In this document: positions 9,183-18,040 of the stretch, piece by piece
Numbering within the stretch: position 1 is the stretch's first letter
How the letters are laid out: each line of letters begins with the position of its first letter
Assembly: GCA_041691135.1 (NCBI GenBank)
Contig: JBEPVF010000013.1
Location: forward strand, 1-40,913
Length of the DNA stretch: 40,913 bases
Source: Candidatus Peribacteria bacterium
Lineage (GTDB): Bacteria > Patescibacteriota > Gracilibacteria > Peribacterales > Peribacteraceae
Reading direction: 5' to 3'
Notes under the pieces: generated by a model
What the model was told of the DNA's origin: nothing
Seen by the model: the letters and a program-made list of their open reading frames with translations, nothing else
Databases searched by the model: none
Program-made: the position numbers and the translations under genes

Positions 9183-10262
9183 TTATCCTCTCACCCACGA
9201 TCCGCCGCCTACATTCCGTGCCGCCCCGCTGATTTCCAACATTGTAAGTGTGGCGGCAACGGTACCCGGATTCAATTTTGATTTCGCCACCAAGTCATCC
9301 GTCGGCTGCGGCATGGAACTGAGGAGACCGTACAGAATTTTTTCCTCGTTGGATGTCGGTTCGTAGGTGGATTCGGGTTGTTCGGATGCGACAATGCCCA
9401 GGTCGCGCAGAACGTGTGTCGCCGATTGGGCCAGCTTCGCCTGGCTGCGCATGATCATTTTATGACACCCGGCATAGTTGTCGTCGAAAATATGCCCCGG
9501 CACCGCAAACACATCGCGGCTATATTCGAGCGCCAATTCGGCCGTAATGATCGCGCCGCTTCCTTCCGGCGCTTCGGTCACCACCGTCCCAAGCGTTAGA
9601 CCTGCGATAATGCGGTTACGCGCCGGGAAGGTGAATTTGTCCGGCGGCATCTCCAGCGGAAATTCGGAGAGGAGCAGTCCGCCTTGCTCGACGATGCGAT
9701 TAGCCAGACGCGCATTGCTCGGCGGATAGATGCTACCGAGTCCGTGTCCGAGCACAGCGACGGTCTTGCCATTGGCTCGGAGAGTTTCTTCGGCCACTAC
9801 TGCATCGATGCCAAGCGCCAGTCCACTGACTGTCACAAGTCCTGCACGAACGAACTCAGGCACAAATTCTTCGGTCACACGTTTGCCGTACGCCGTCATC
9901 TGTCGCGTGCCGACCACCGCGATACTCGGCTGCTCCAAGATCAACAGGTCCCCGCGATACGATAAGAAGACAGGTGGATCACCGATCTCGAACAGGCGGG
10001 CGGGATACAGAGGATCATCAAGCGCGACGATATCAACTCCGCGCTTCTGCAGTTCTTTCGCATACTGCGGAGCATTGAACTCTTCAATTCGAACGAGTGT
10101 TTTTTCAATCGTATCCGACCGGCAACCTAAAGCCTGCAACACATCCGGCGACAATCGTGCCAGTGCTTCGTCCAGCGTTCCGTACACATCGAGCATGGCG
10201 CGGTAGCGGTCTTTGTTCAGAATGCCGAGCGAGAACCAGGTGAGAAGCGCAGGAGAAAGCAC
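9183..10262 (-). CDS. dprA: DNA-processing protein DprA
   Basis: YPARL.EIGDPP, AVVGTR, VSGLALGID, FPARNRIIAGL, SGAIITA, VFAVPG, C-terminal winged helix. Start taken as GTG 10262, because the longer ORF runs into the tRNA. Confidence 0.93.
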   Translation of the reverse strand: MLSPALLTWFSLGILNKDRYRAMLDVYGTLDEALARLSPDVLQALGCRSDTIEKTLVRIEEFNAPQYAKELQKRGVDIVALDDPLYPARLFEIGDPPVFLSYRGDLLILEQPSIAVVGTRQMTAYGKRVTEEFVPEFVRAGLVTVSGLALGIDAVVAEETLRANGKTVAVLGHGLGSIYPPSNARLANRIVEQGGLLLSEFPLEMPPDKFTFPARNRIIAGLTLGTVVTEAPEGSGAIITAELALEYSRDVFAVPGHIFDDNYAGCHKMIMRSQAKLAQSATHVLRDLGIVASEQPESTYEPTSNEEKILYGLLSSMPQPTDDLVAKSKLNPGTVAATLTMLEISGAARNVGGGSWVRG

Positions 10263-10439
10263 CTCTGTAGTATTGATGGAACGGCACGGAGTGGAAAGTA
10301 GTATGAAGAAAGAATCCGGGCAAAATGCAGCAATTGCCAGCTTCCTGCTGCCCACAGCCATCCTGGACGTTCTACGCCCCTCCAGAACGCCCCGGTTTCC
10401 TTTATTTTTGTGGAATAAATCCTCTATACTGCGCGTCCC

Positions 10440-10515
10440 GCCGCTGTAGCTCAGCTGGTAGAGCAACGGTATCGTAAACCGTGGGTCACCGGTTCAAATC
10501 CGGTCAGCGGCTCCA
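10440..10515 (+). tRNA. tRNA-Thr(CGT)
   Basis: Acceptor stem GCCGCTG/CAGCGGC, D arm AGCTCAGCTGGTAGAGC, anticodon stem ACGGT/ACCGT with loop ATCGTAA, GGTTCAAATCC, encoded CCA. -10 TATACT at 10425-10430. Confidence 0.97.
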
Positions 10516-10558
10516 CGTAAAATCACGCACAGCGAAGTGAGCAACGGATTTTACGTGG
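10513..10558. terminator. Perfect 12-bp inverted repeat directly after the tRNA (terminator or processing hairpin)
   Basis: CCACGTAAAATC (10513-10524) pairs with GATTTTACGTGG (10547-10558); lies between the convergent tRNA and RSH genes. Confidence 0.55.
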
Positions 10559-10622
10559 GACATGCCGCGTATCCCTGCGCCCGATCACGTGACGCGACCT
10601 CTTTTCGCATCAAATCAAGTAC

Positions 10623-12032
10623 TCACTTTTTCTGCCGCTGCAATGCGCGCAGCAATTCTTTCGCTTTCTTGTGATTGCAGTAATGCAGCCATTCGGCTGT
10701 CAGCCGGTTGTCTCGTCCGAACTGCACACCCACTGTGTCGCCATCGTGCAACGGTGTATGCAACGGATGCTCGCGTCCATTCACATGCACGAGCTTCGTC
10801 CGTGCGCTGCGCTCTCCGTAGACGGCACACAGGAAGTCGAGAACCGTTGCCGGTTTCTTGAGGTGGTACAGACAACTCTTCGTGTCGAAAATAGTCAGAT
10901 GGTCGCCGCGAAAGTATGTGCGCAGTGCCGCTTCGAATTCTTGCGGCGAACGCGCTTCATCGCGCAATGTTCTGAGGCCGTTGAGAATGCTGACCCGGGA
11001 TCCGCCCGATGACAACGCATACATCGCTTCTTTGTACGCGCCATGGGAGGCGAAGCCGAATTCACATTCGCGATCCATGTCCGCCGTACGCAGTTGAATT
11101 TCTATGGGTTGTTCTGAAACGCCCGGCAACGGATACACGACCGTATGGATCGATCGGTAGCCGTTCTCTTTGGGTGCCCCGATGTAGTCTTTCAGTTTTC
11201 CCGGTATCGGACGCATGCAGCCGTGCACGATGCCGAGTGCACGGTAACAATCTTCGATTGTGGGCAGAATGATACGCAATGCCAGACGGTCAGTCAGATC
11301 TTCGAACCGACGCTCCTTCAAGACCATTTTGCGATAAATGGAATACAATCCTTTCAAACGGAAAGAGAAGGAACACGATAATTCGGCTGCCTTCATTTTG
11401 CGCCGTAAAAAAGAAGTCGTATGACGAATGCATGTGCGATCCAGATTTGCATATTCCTGCGCTTTGCGTTGCAACTCCTTCGAAATTTTCACGTACACAA
11501 CGGGAAAACATCGGTCCTCCATCTCGTAACGCCAGCGGTGCATGCCCACGCGATTCGCAATCGACGCATACATGTGCAGTGTCTCGTTGGCGATTTGTTT
11601 CTGCAGCGCCGTCTCAAACCGATCCAGATGTCGCACATCGTTCAGACGATGAGCCATACGCAAGGGCAGGATGCTCGTATTATCGATGAATGTCGTAATC
11701 ACCTGATCCAAGTCGCTCGTGCTAGTATCGATATGCAGACGACGCAACATGTGCATCTGCTGCAGGAGCATGCGTTCGGCAGAGGAAATCGGCGCCTCCT
11801 GAAGCAGGCGTTCACCATCGGGATGCACAAGCAAGTCGTGCAACAGTGCGACGGCCTGTAGCGACGGATCGGCCGTTAATTCGGATACGACAGCGGAGAC
11901 TTCGATGCCGTGCATTGCATAACTTTCGCCGCTGCGCCGCATAATGCCCGACAAATGTGTCTCTCCAAAATTGCGCACGCGCTCCAGTTTTTTGCGTGCA
12001 ATGGCCGGAGAATCTGGCGCCAGGCGGACCAT
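10623..12032 (-). CDS. RelA/SpoT homolog (degenerate HD + synthetase + TGS; lacks ZFD/ACT)
   Basis: RRSGESY..H, LLHD, RLKGLYSIYRKM, KDYIGAPKENGYRSIHT, EIQLRT, ASHGAYKE. TGS-like ATVLDF...VNGR..PL.TPL.DGDTV. Confidence 0.88.
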   Translation of the reverse strand: MVRLAPDSPAIARKKLERVRNFGETHLSGIMRRSGESYAMHGIEVSAVVSELTADPSLQAVALLHDLLVHPDGERLLQEAPISSAERMLLQQMHMLRRLHIDTSTSDLDQVITTFIDNTSILPLRMAHRLNDVRHLDRFETALQKQIANETLHMYASIANRVGMHRWRYEMEDRCFPVVYVKISKELQRKAQEYANLDRTCIRHTTSFLRRKMKAAELSCSFSFRLKGLYSIYRKMVLKERRFEDLTDRLALRIILPTIEDCYRALGIVHGCMRPIPGKLKDYIGAPKENGYRSIHTVVYPLPGVSEQPIEIQLRTADMDRECEFGFASHGAYKEAMYALSSGGSRVSILNGLRTLRDEARSPQEFEAALRTYFRGDHLTIFDTKSCLYHLKKPATVLDFLCAVYGERSARTKLVHVNGREHPLHTPLHDGDTVGVQFGRDNRLTAEWLHYCNHKKAKELLRALQRQKK

Positions 12033-12136
12033 TGGTAAAATGGTACCTCATTGGACTGTAATGTCTCCCCTCATTTTCCAACGTCCGGTGTGCCGGCAAT
12101 CACATCGTCCCGTAACTGATTCCTTTTAAAGGAACA

Positions 12137-13255
12137 TCAACCATTTCCACCGGCAATCTTGCTGACTTCACTGCTGTTCAAAGCGCGGTTATAAATACGC
12201 ACATCATCCATCTCGCCGCCGACGAAACCATAGCCTTTTCCGATGGTCACGCCGGTGACACCGAAACCAGTGGTAGCATCCGGTATGGTATTCTGTCCGA
12301 TGCCATCAAAGTAAAACTTCGCGGTCGCTCCGTCATATGTCCATACGACGTGGTGATACCCGGTGAAAGGTACAGCATAGGTGGATGTTGAGATGAACTG
12401 ACTTGTCTCGGCGGCACCGCTCCAGATTACCAGGTGCGGCGCAAACAACGCGGTACTTGCCGAATCATTGACCAACTGGAAACCACTGACGCCGGCAACG
12501 CGATCATTGAAGGGTCCGGACCACGCACGAATGGATTCGGAATTCCACCAGAAACTGATAGTGAATGTTGGGAGAGACGGCAGAGTTGGTAAGGTCACAA
12601 TGCTTGATGAGCCGTTGAAATTGAGAGCTTCAGAATCAGAGAAGGAAAGGCTGGGAACCGTGGTTGTGGGACCGTAGCCTCCGCTGAAACTGGTAGCCGT
12701 GCCGTTATAACCGTTAGTGCTGCTGTCGAGCACCGTGCCATTTGCCGCGGTTTCATCCAGCTTCCAGTATCCCACCAAGCCAGTGGTAATCACGATTTGC
12801 CCGGCTTGTCCCTGATACGTATCCGTCACAAGCGCACGACCGTTCTGTGTGTTTATTTTGTATCCCGACAGATTCGGGTTTCCCTCGCTGCTATCAAGCG
12901 GAATGTCGACCATGTATGTCGGAACAAGGGCATCCAGAGATACACAGGATGACGTGCCATTGGGGATTCCTTTTTTGCAAATCGGCAGCGCATTTGCACT
13001 GCCCTCTTGGATAGAAGCCGCCGATGGGAAGGCACCGTTATCGACAAGATACTGGTACAACGCATTCTGCAGTTGCTTGATGCTGCTCGCACGGCCCGCA
13101 TCCTGGGCAGAAATAATATTTTTTTTCGGACTGACGGCGACAAGAACCACCGAAGCCAATATGCCGATTATTCCGATAACGACCAGGAGCTCAATAAGAG
13201 TGAATGCGTTGCGTTGGTTGTGTCGGAAAGAGAAGGAAGGAAAGCGATGAACCAT
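12137..13255 (-). CDS. Type IV pilin-like protein fused to a LamG/concanavalin A-like domain
   Basis: Prepilin motif NA|FTLIELLVVIGIIGILA; GLVGYWKLDE...FTISFW...HHVVWTYDG..FYFDG...MDDVRIYNRAL. Confidence 0.9.
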   Translation of the reverse strand: MVHRFPSFSFRHNQRNAFTLIELLVVIGIIGILASVVLVAVSPKKNIISAQDAGRASSIKQLQNALYQYLVDNGAFPSAASIQEGSANALPICKKGIPNGTSSCVSLDALVPTYMVDIPLDSSEGNPNLSGYKINTQNGRALVTDTYQGQAGQIVITTGLVGYWKLDETAANGTVLDSSTNGYNGTATSFSGGYGPTTTVPSLSFSDSEALNFNGSSSIVTLPTLPSLPTFTISFWWNSESIRAWSGPFNDRVAGVSGFQLVNDSASTALFAPHLVIWSGAAETSQFISTSTYAVPFTGYHHVVWTYDGATAKFYFDGIGQNTIPDATTGFGVTGVTIGKGYGFVGGEMDDVRIYNRALNSSEVSKIAGGNG

Positions 13256-13458
13256 GTCCAGTATCGCATGCTAGCATTTTGCAGGTCTGGAAAACAAGAA
13301 GTACGGGTAGCGAGGCTAAATTTTCAGAATCCGGCAACTGCACCAGTATGATCTCTCTTTCATACAAGATCCAAAATAAAAGACAGTACCGGCAAAACCT
13401 GACTTTCATCCTAATCGACACACGCTGTACCTCTTGCTCCTTCCGGTATCAGCAATGC

Positions 13459-14109
13459 TCATTTCTTTCCGAACAGAAGGACCGCTCCATCGATCCACTG
13501 ATTCAGTTGATCGAGCGACGACACATAGCCGCGAAAATTCTCCGTCGTCCCCCGATGAATGCCAAAGTGCAAATGCTTTCGCTCGCCGTCCGTCTCCGTG
13601 CTATATCCTTTGCCCAGCAGACCCACTGGCGCCCCGGCTTGCAGGTCATCTCCCACTCGTGCGGCAAGAGATCGCTCGTTTAGATGGCCGTACAGAACCG
13701 TGACCGGCTGATCCTCATACGTGCATTGCTGGATCAAAACGCCGCCATAGCCCGACACCCGTCCGGCAAAACGCACCGTACCCGCGCACGCTGAAACGAT
13801 TGGCACATCGACCGATTGTTCCTCCGGGAATGTTTCGAAATCCACACCCGTGTGATAACCCGAAAAACGCTCGGGTTGCACCGGCGAAGAAGAAGGCGTC
13901 ACATGCGTGCCGAAGAATTTTTTGGTGACACGTTCCTGCGCCCGGGAAATCGGCGGCACAAATGCAGCGGCAACATGTGAGGAAGAAGTTGCGAATGAGT
14001 CTCCATCGCTTGATGATGCCGACGAAACAGACGTATGTGGCGGAACATCTACTGCTCTCTGACATGCTACAAGAGCAAGTGCGATCCCTATCAGGACAAC
14101 CTTCTTCAT
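13459..14109 (-). CDS. M23-family metallopeptidase lipoprotein
   Basis: Lipobox LVAC, Ser-rich linker, YHTGVDF, YGHL, HLHF. Confidence 0.9.
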   Translation of the reverse strand: MKKVVLIGIALALVACQRAVDVPPHTSVSSASSSDGDSFATSSSHVAAAFVPPISRAQERVTKKFFGTHVTPSSSPVQPERFSGYHTGVDFETFPEEQSVDVPIVSACAGTVRFAGRVSGYGGVLIQQCTYEDQPVTVLYGHLNERSLAARVGDDLQAGAPVGLLGKGYSTETDGERKHLHFGIHRGTTENFRGYVSSLDQLNQWIDGAVLLFGKK

Positions 14110-14152
14110 GGCAACTTAGAGTACTCTTTTTTCTGCCGTGATGAGAAATCAC

Positions 14153-14446
<294 letters not shown>

Positions 14447-14861
14447 TCAAGGGTGTAATTCGAAAATTACTTCACTATGGCTACAAACTGCTCTAGGTAG
14501 AAGTATTGAACACTTCAAGAAGATATATTGCAGAAATGCAGCTTTGGCTCAATATTTTGCACCTACTGGAACATTGTCTGTCTGATGTAAAAAAATATAA
14601 ATTAATCGGCGTTTCTACCGCACTTCTATCGGCAACACTGACACATGCGTTTTGCCAGCTGTACGGAATTCCCCGAAGACGAGACATAGTGACCGGGTGT
14701 CAGAAAGATAACGTACGTAACGAGCGCCGGTCCGAACGTGTCCGGCAGATACTGATGCACATGACACCAGTAAGGACGAGCGGAAAAATGCATAATGAAA
14801 AAAGAAAGAGTAGCCGTACTGTACTCATTGGCCCGAGTCGAAAGAAACAGGTATGTAGCCA

Positions 14862-14890
14862 TTGCAAATGAAATATTATTGCATTAACAT
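14862..14890 (+). promoter_or_regulatory. Sigma70 promoter with a Fur/Zur-type operator in the spacer
   Basis: TTGCAA-N17-TAACAT, 8 nt before the ATG. 9-1-9 palindrome AATGAAATA-T-TATTGCATT (14867-14885, one mismatch). Confidence 0.8.
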
Positions 14891-14898
14891 TCGTCTCC

Positions 14899-15318
14899 AT
14901 GACGAAGACTATTATTGATCTCCTAAAGCAATCGGGCCTCAAAGATACGCAACCGCGTCGCCTGGTTGTCAGAGCACTCGAGCGTATCAAGCAACCGTCG
15001 TCTCCGTACGACATTCAGAAATGGATCGCCAAACAAGGTGACAAGATTAATGCAGTGACTGTGTACCGCATTCTTGAGGCATTCGAAACATTGAACATCG
15101 TGCACCGTCATGCATGCAACGGTCAGTACTCGCTATGCAGCCAACCGGACATCGCCGGACATCACGGATTCCTCCATTGCCAAGACTGCGGTAGAGTCGA
15201 GGAATTCGCCGACACCGCTTTGTGCCGGGCAGAAAATGCCGTAGCTCAGCGCGCCGGTTTCCGCCCGATTGAACACGTAAGCGAAATTCTCGGCCTGTGT
15301 CGCACTTGTACCAGATAA
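14899..15318 (+). CDS. zur: Fur-family regulator, probably Zur
   Basis: GLK.TQPR, VTVYRIL..F, HHGFLHCQDCG, CRTC (two CxxC); sits upstream of a ZnuA-like gene. Confidence 0.85.
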   Translation: MTKTIIDLLKQSGLKDTQPRRLVVRALERIKQPSSPYDIQKWIAKQGDKINAVTVYRILEAFETLNIVHRHACNGQYSLCSQPDIAGHHGFLHCQDCGRVEEFADTALCRAENAVAQRAGFRPIEHVSEILGLCRTCTR

Positions 15319-15333
15319 TTTTCTCTCTCTGTC

Positions 15334-16212
15334 ATGCGTGTTTCTCACTGGATTCTCGGCTGCAGCCTGCTTCTCCTCACCGGATGTTCCACGGCAACCC
15401 CGCCCCAAACTTCCGATGATGTGAATGTGGCGGCAAGTTTTTATCCTCTGGCTTTCTTTGCCGAGCAGATCGGCGGTGAATACGTTCATGTTACGCAGAT
15501 CACGCCGGGCGGCGTTGAACCGCACGATTATGAGCCGTCACCGGCGGACATTATTTCAGTAAGACAATCCCGACTCTTCCTCTTCAACGGCAACGGCGTG
15601 GATGCATGGGCAGATAAGATCAAAAGCGATCTGGATCTGGCGGCGATCCGGACGCTGCGCATGGTGGACGTAGTGGGCGGCAATAGCAATGATCCGCACA
15701 TCTGGCTCGATCCCGTACTGGCCGAAAAGGAAGTGCAAGCAATGCGTGATACGCTGGTGCAAATTGATCCGGCCCGTGCGGAAACATATCGGGCGAATGC
15801 CACCACACTTTTGACCAATCTCGATCAACTGGATCACGATTATCGAACGGGCCTCGCTCACTGTCTGCTCAATACGGTTATCGTTTCACATGATGCGTTT
15901 CAATATGTATCAAAACGCTACGGATTTACCACGCTGCCCATTGCAGGTCTTTCACCAGATCAGGAACCGGCGCCCGGCACCTTGGCACATGTGGCGGATA
16001 TCGCTAAACAGAAAAAAATTCCTGTCATCTTCTTCGAGACGATGGCAAGCCCCAAACTGTCAGAGACCATTGCCAACGAAGTGGGAGCTCAAACGATGGT
16101 GCTCAATCCCATTGAAGGACTAACGGCGGAGGATCGGAAGGCGAACGCATCGTACATCACGATTATGCGAGACAACCTGGTCGAATTGCGAACAGCAATG
16201 GAATGCAATTAA
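15334..16212 (+). CDS. znuA: Zn/Mn ABC transporter substrate-binding lipoprotein (ZnuA/AdcA-like)
   Basis: Lipobox LTGC, ASFYPL, GVEPHDYEPSP, DPHIWLDP, SHDAFQY, LNPIEG. Confidence 0.88.
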   Translation: MRVSHWILGCSLLLLTGCSTATPPQTSDDVNVAASFYPLAFFAEQIGGEYVHVTQITPGGVEPHDYEPSPADIISVRQSRLFLFNGNGVDAWADKIKSDLDLAAIRTLRMVDVVGGNSNDPHIWLDPVLAEKEVQAMRDTLVQIDPARAETYRANATTLLTNLDQLDHDYRTGLAHCLLNTVIVSHDAFQYVSKRYGFTTLPIAGLSPDQEPAPGTLAHVADIAKQKKIPVIFFETMASPKLSETIANEVGAQTMVLNPIEGLTAEDRKANASYITIMRDNLVELRTAMECN

Positions 16213-16281
16213 TGAGACTAATGCGTGCAAACGCCGACTGTAAAAAAGCCGTATTTTCTGCTATAATTAAACGAAATACCC

Positions 16282-17061
16282 ATGTCATTCGTCATTCTGC
16301 TTCTGGCCGCATCGCTGGTGGTGCTCTGCATCGCATTGCTGCATTTGCGCCATAAAAATCGTTTGCTTCGTTTGAGAGGCGATGAACGGACGACGATGGT
16401 CGCTCTGCTGTCGCATCGGTTGCGTTCGCCGCTCAGCGCCATCAAGTGGAATACCGATCTGTTGCTCGAGCAGGATTTTGGAACATTGCAGCCGACGCAA
16501 TTGGAAATGGTACGCGATGTCAGCGCGGGTATCGACAATGCAATCAGTGTGCTGAATACATTTTTGAGTGCATCGCAGGCCGAGCGCGGTCTCGCCATGT
16601 CACCCGTCAAAATCGATTTGCAGGAACAACTCGACGTCATCGTCGACTCGCTGCGCATTGAGATCAAAAAGAAGCATATCGACTTCACCTACCGCCGCTT
16701 ACCGCAACGCATCACGGTATTCATTGACCCGATGGTGTTGCACACGGTGATCGAAGTGATTGTGCGCAATGCGATTACCTACACACCGGATGGCGGTGCC
16801 GTCATGCTGACCGTCGATGACACACAGCCGATGGTGACGGTCCGCGTCACCGATTCGGGCATCGGCATATCCGTGACGGACCAGCTGAAATTGTTCACCA
16901 AATTTTATCGCAGCAAACGGGCGCAGCAGATGTCGACGACGGGCAATGGACTTGGCTTGTATCTGGCCAAGCACATGCTCGACATGATCGGCGGCTCCAT
17001 CAGCTGCGACTCGCGCGAAGGCACCGGGACGACGATGGCGATCAGGATTCCGCGAGAATGA
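16282..17061 (+). CDS. Membrane-anchored histidine kinase with no sensor domain and no adjacent response regulator
   Basis: One TM, H-box SHRLRSPL, N-box RNAITYT, DSGIG, LFTKFYR, GNGLGL. Extended -10 TGcTATAAT at 16259-16267. Confidence 0.9.
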   Translation: MSFVILLLAASLVVLCIALLHLRHKNRLLRLRGDERTTMVALLSHRLRSPLSAIKWNTDLLLEQDFGTLQPTQLEMVRDVSAGIDNAISVLNTFLSASQAERGLAMSPVKIDLQEQLDVIVDSLRIEIKKKHIDFTYRRLPQRITVFIDPMVLHTVIEVIVRNAITYTPDGGAVMLTVDDTQPMVTVRVTDSGIGISVTDQLKLFTKFYRSKRAQQMSTTGNGLGLYLAKHMLDMIGGSISCDSREGTGTTMAIRIPRE

Positions 17062-17083
17062 TAGCCAAAAGCGAAGAGACTTT

Positions 17084-17602
17084 TTATGAATCTTCGTCTG
17101 AATCAGCAAAGGGTTTCGCTTGCCAATCTTGCAATGTTTCGGTGACCGATGCGGGCGGAACGAACGGCTTCCACAATTGGCTCCCGGGCTCCGGAAATGT
17201 TCGTAATGCAGCGCAAACGTCTTTCAGCTTCTGTCGCGTCTGATCGAATGGCCCGTACACAATCGACTGAGGAAGAGCCTTCTTTTTTTCTTCGTCCGAC
17301 TCCTCTGTTTTCTTTCGTACATGTACCACCTTCTTTTTTACCCATACCATTCCCTGCTCTGTGACGCTCTGGGAAGATGTCATGCGTACGCCCATTGCTG
17401 AGTGGCACAAGTTATAGATCGTGTGACGAACGCGCTGGCACATCACGAGAATTTCCACCGACTCTCCTTTTTGAGTGTAACCGGACACGCGGCAGTAGAG
17501 CGTATCAGTTTCGGACTCGGCATACTGCCTTCTCTCTTCCGTTTCCGAATCATGAAACGCGACAGCGAATGTTTTTGTGTGAGACTCCGAGAGCATCGAC
17601 AC
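17084..17602 (-). CDS. Hypothetical protein
   Basis: 172-codon ORF with protein-like composition filling the gap; no motif recognised; start uncertain. Confidence 0.55.
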   Translation of the reverse strand: MSMLSESHTKTFAVAFHDSETEERRQYAESETDTLYCRVSGYTQKGESVEILVMCQRVRHTIYNLCHSAMGVRMTSSQSVTEQGMVWVKKKVVHVRKKTEESDEEKKKALPQSIVYGPFDQTRQKLKDVCAALRTFPEPGSQLWKPFVPPASVTETLQDWQAKPFADSDEDS

Positions 17603-17739
17603 ACCGGCAACAACCGCTTCACTCGCGTGAGCGGCTCGTTCGAGAGGCGATGTGGCGGCGCCAATGCGCTCGATTGCGTCACATTTTCCTCATTCTCGAA
17701 GGCAGGTCAAGAAAAATCTTCGTTTTCTGGACCTCTCAA

Positions 17740-17768
17740 TAAGGAGGAGCTGGTTTCTCTCCTCCTTA
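17740..17768. terminator. Perfect 10-bp hairpin TAAGGAGGAG / CTCCTCCTTA
   Basis: Inverted repeat with a 9-nt loop, just downstream of the 17786-17938 sORF stop. Confidence 0.55.
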
Positions 17769-17785
17769 ATTGATTGGCCTACAGA

Positions 17786-17938
17786 CTATTTTTTCTTTGA
17801 ACGATGTTTACCACGTGCAGCCCGCAATGTCTTTGCAGCGGCTTTTTTCTCGAAGTGATGCAACGGATTCCAGCTGTCGGTCGCCAGTGTCTGGGCAGCC
17901 TGATGCACCTCATCCTGTGAAATATTGGATTGCTCCAT
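17786..17938 (-). CDS. 50-aa small protein MEQSNISQDEVHQAAQTLATDSWNPLHHFEKKAAAKTLRAARGKHRSKKK (below the ORF-track cutoff)
   Basis: Hand-translated ATG..TAG; pyrimidine-rich leader like neighbouring genes; followed by a hairpin. Confidence 0.55.
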   Translation of the reverse strand: MEQSNISQDEVHQAAQTLATDSWNPLHHFEKKAAAKTLRAARGKHRSKKK

Positions 17939-18040
17939 ATGGTAAAAGGGGAAAGATATGGCTTCTTTGACGCAAGAAAGCAGGGTGAATTACGGGATTC
18001 TCAACTATTAATTTATAACTTTTATTGTTACAATCATAAC

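Noticed and set aside
10263-10466. N-terminal extension of DprA in the ORF track
   Set aside because: Overlaps the tRNA and its promoter on the opposite strand; DprA-like sequence starts near GTG 10262
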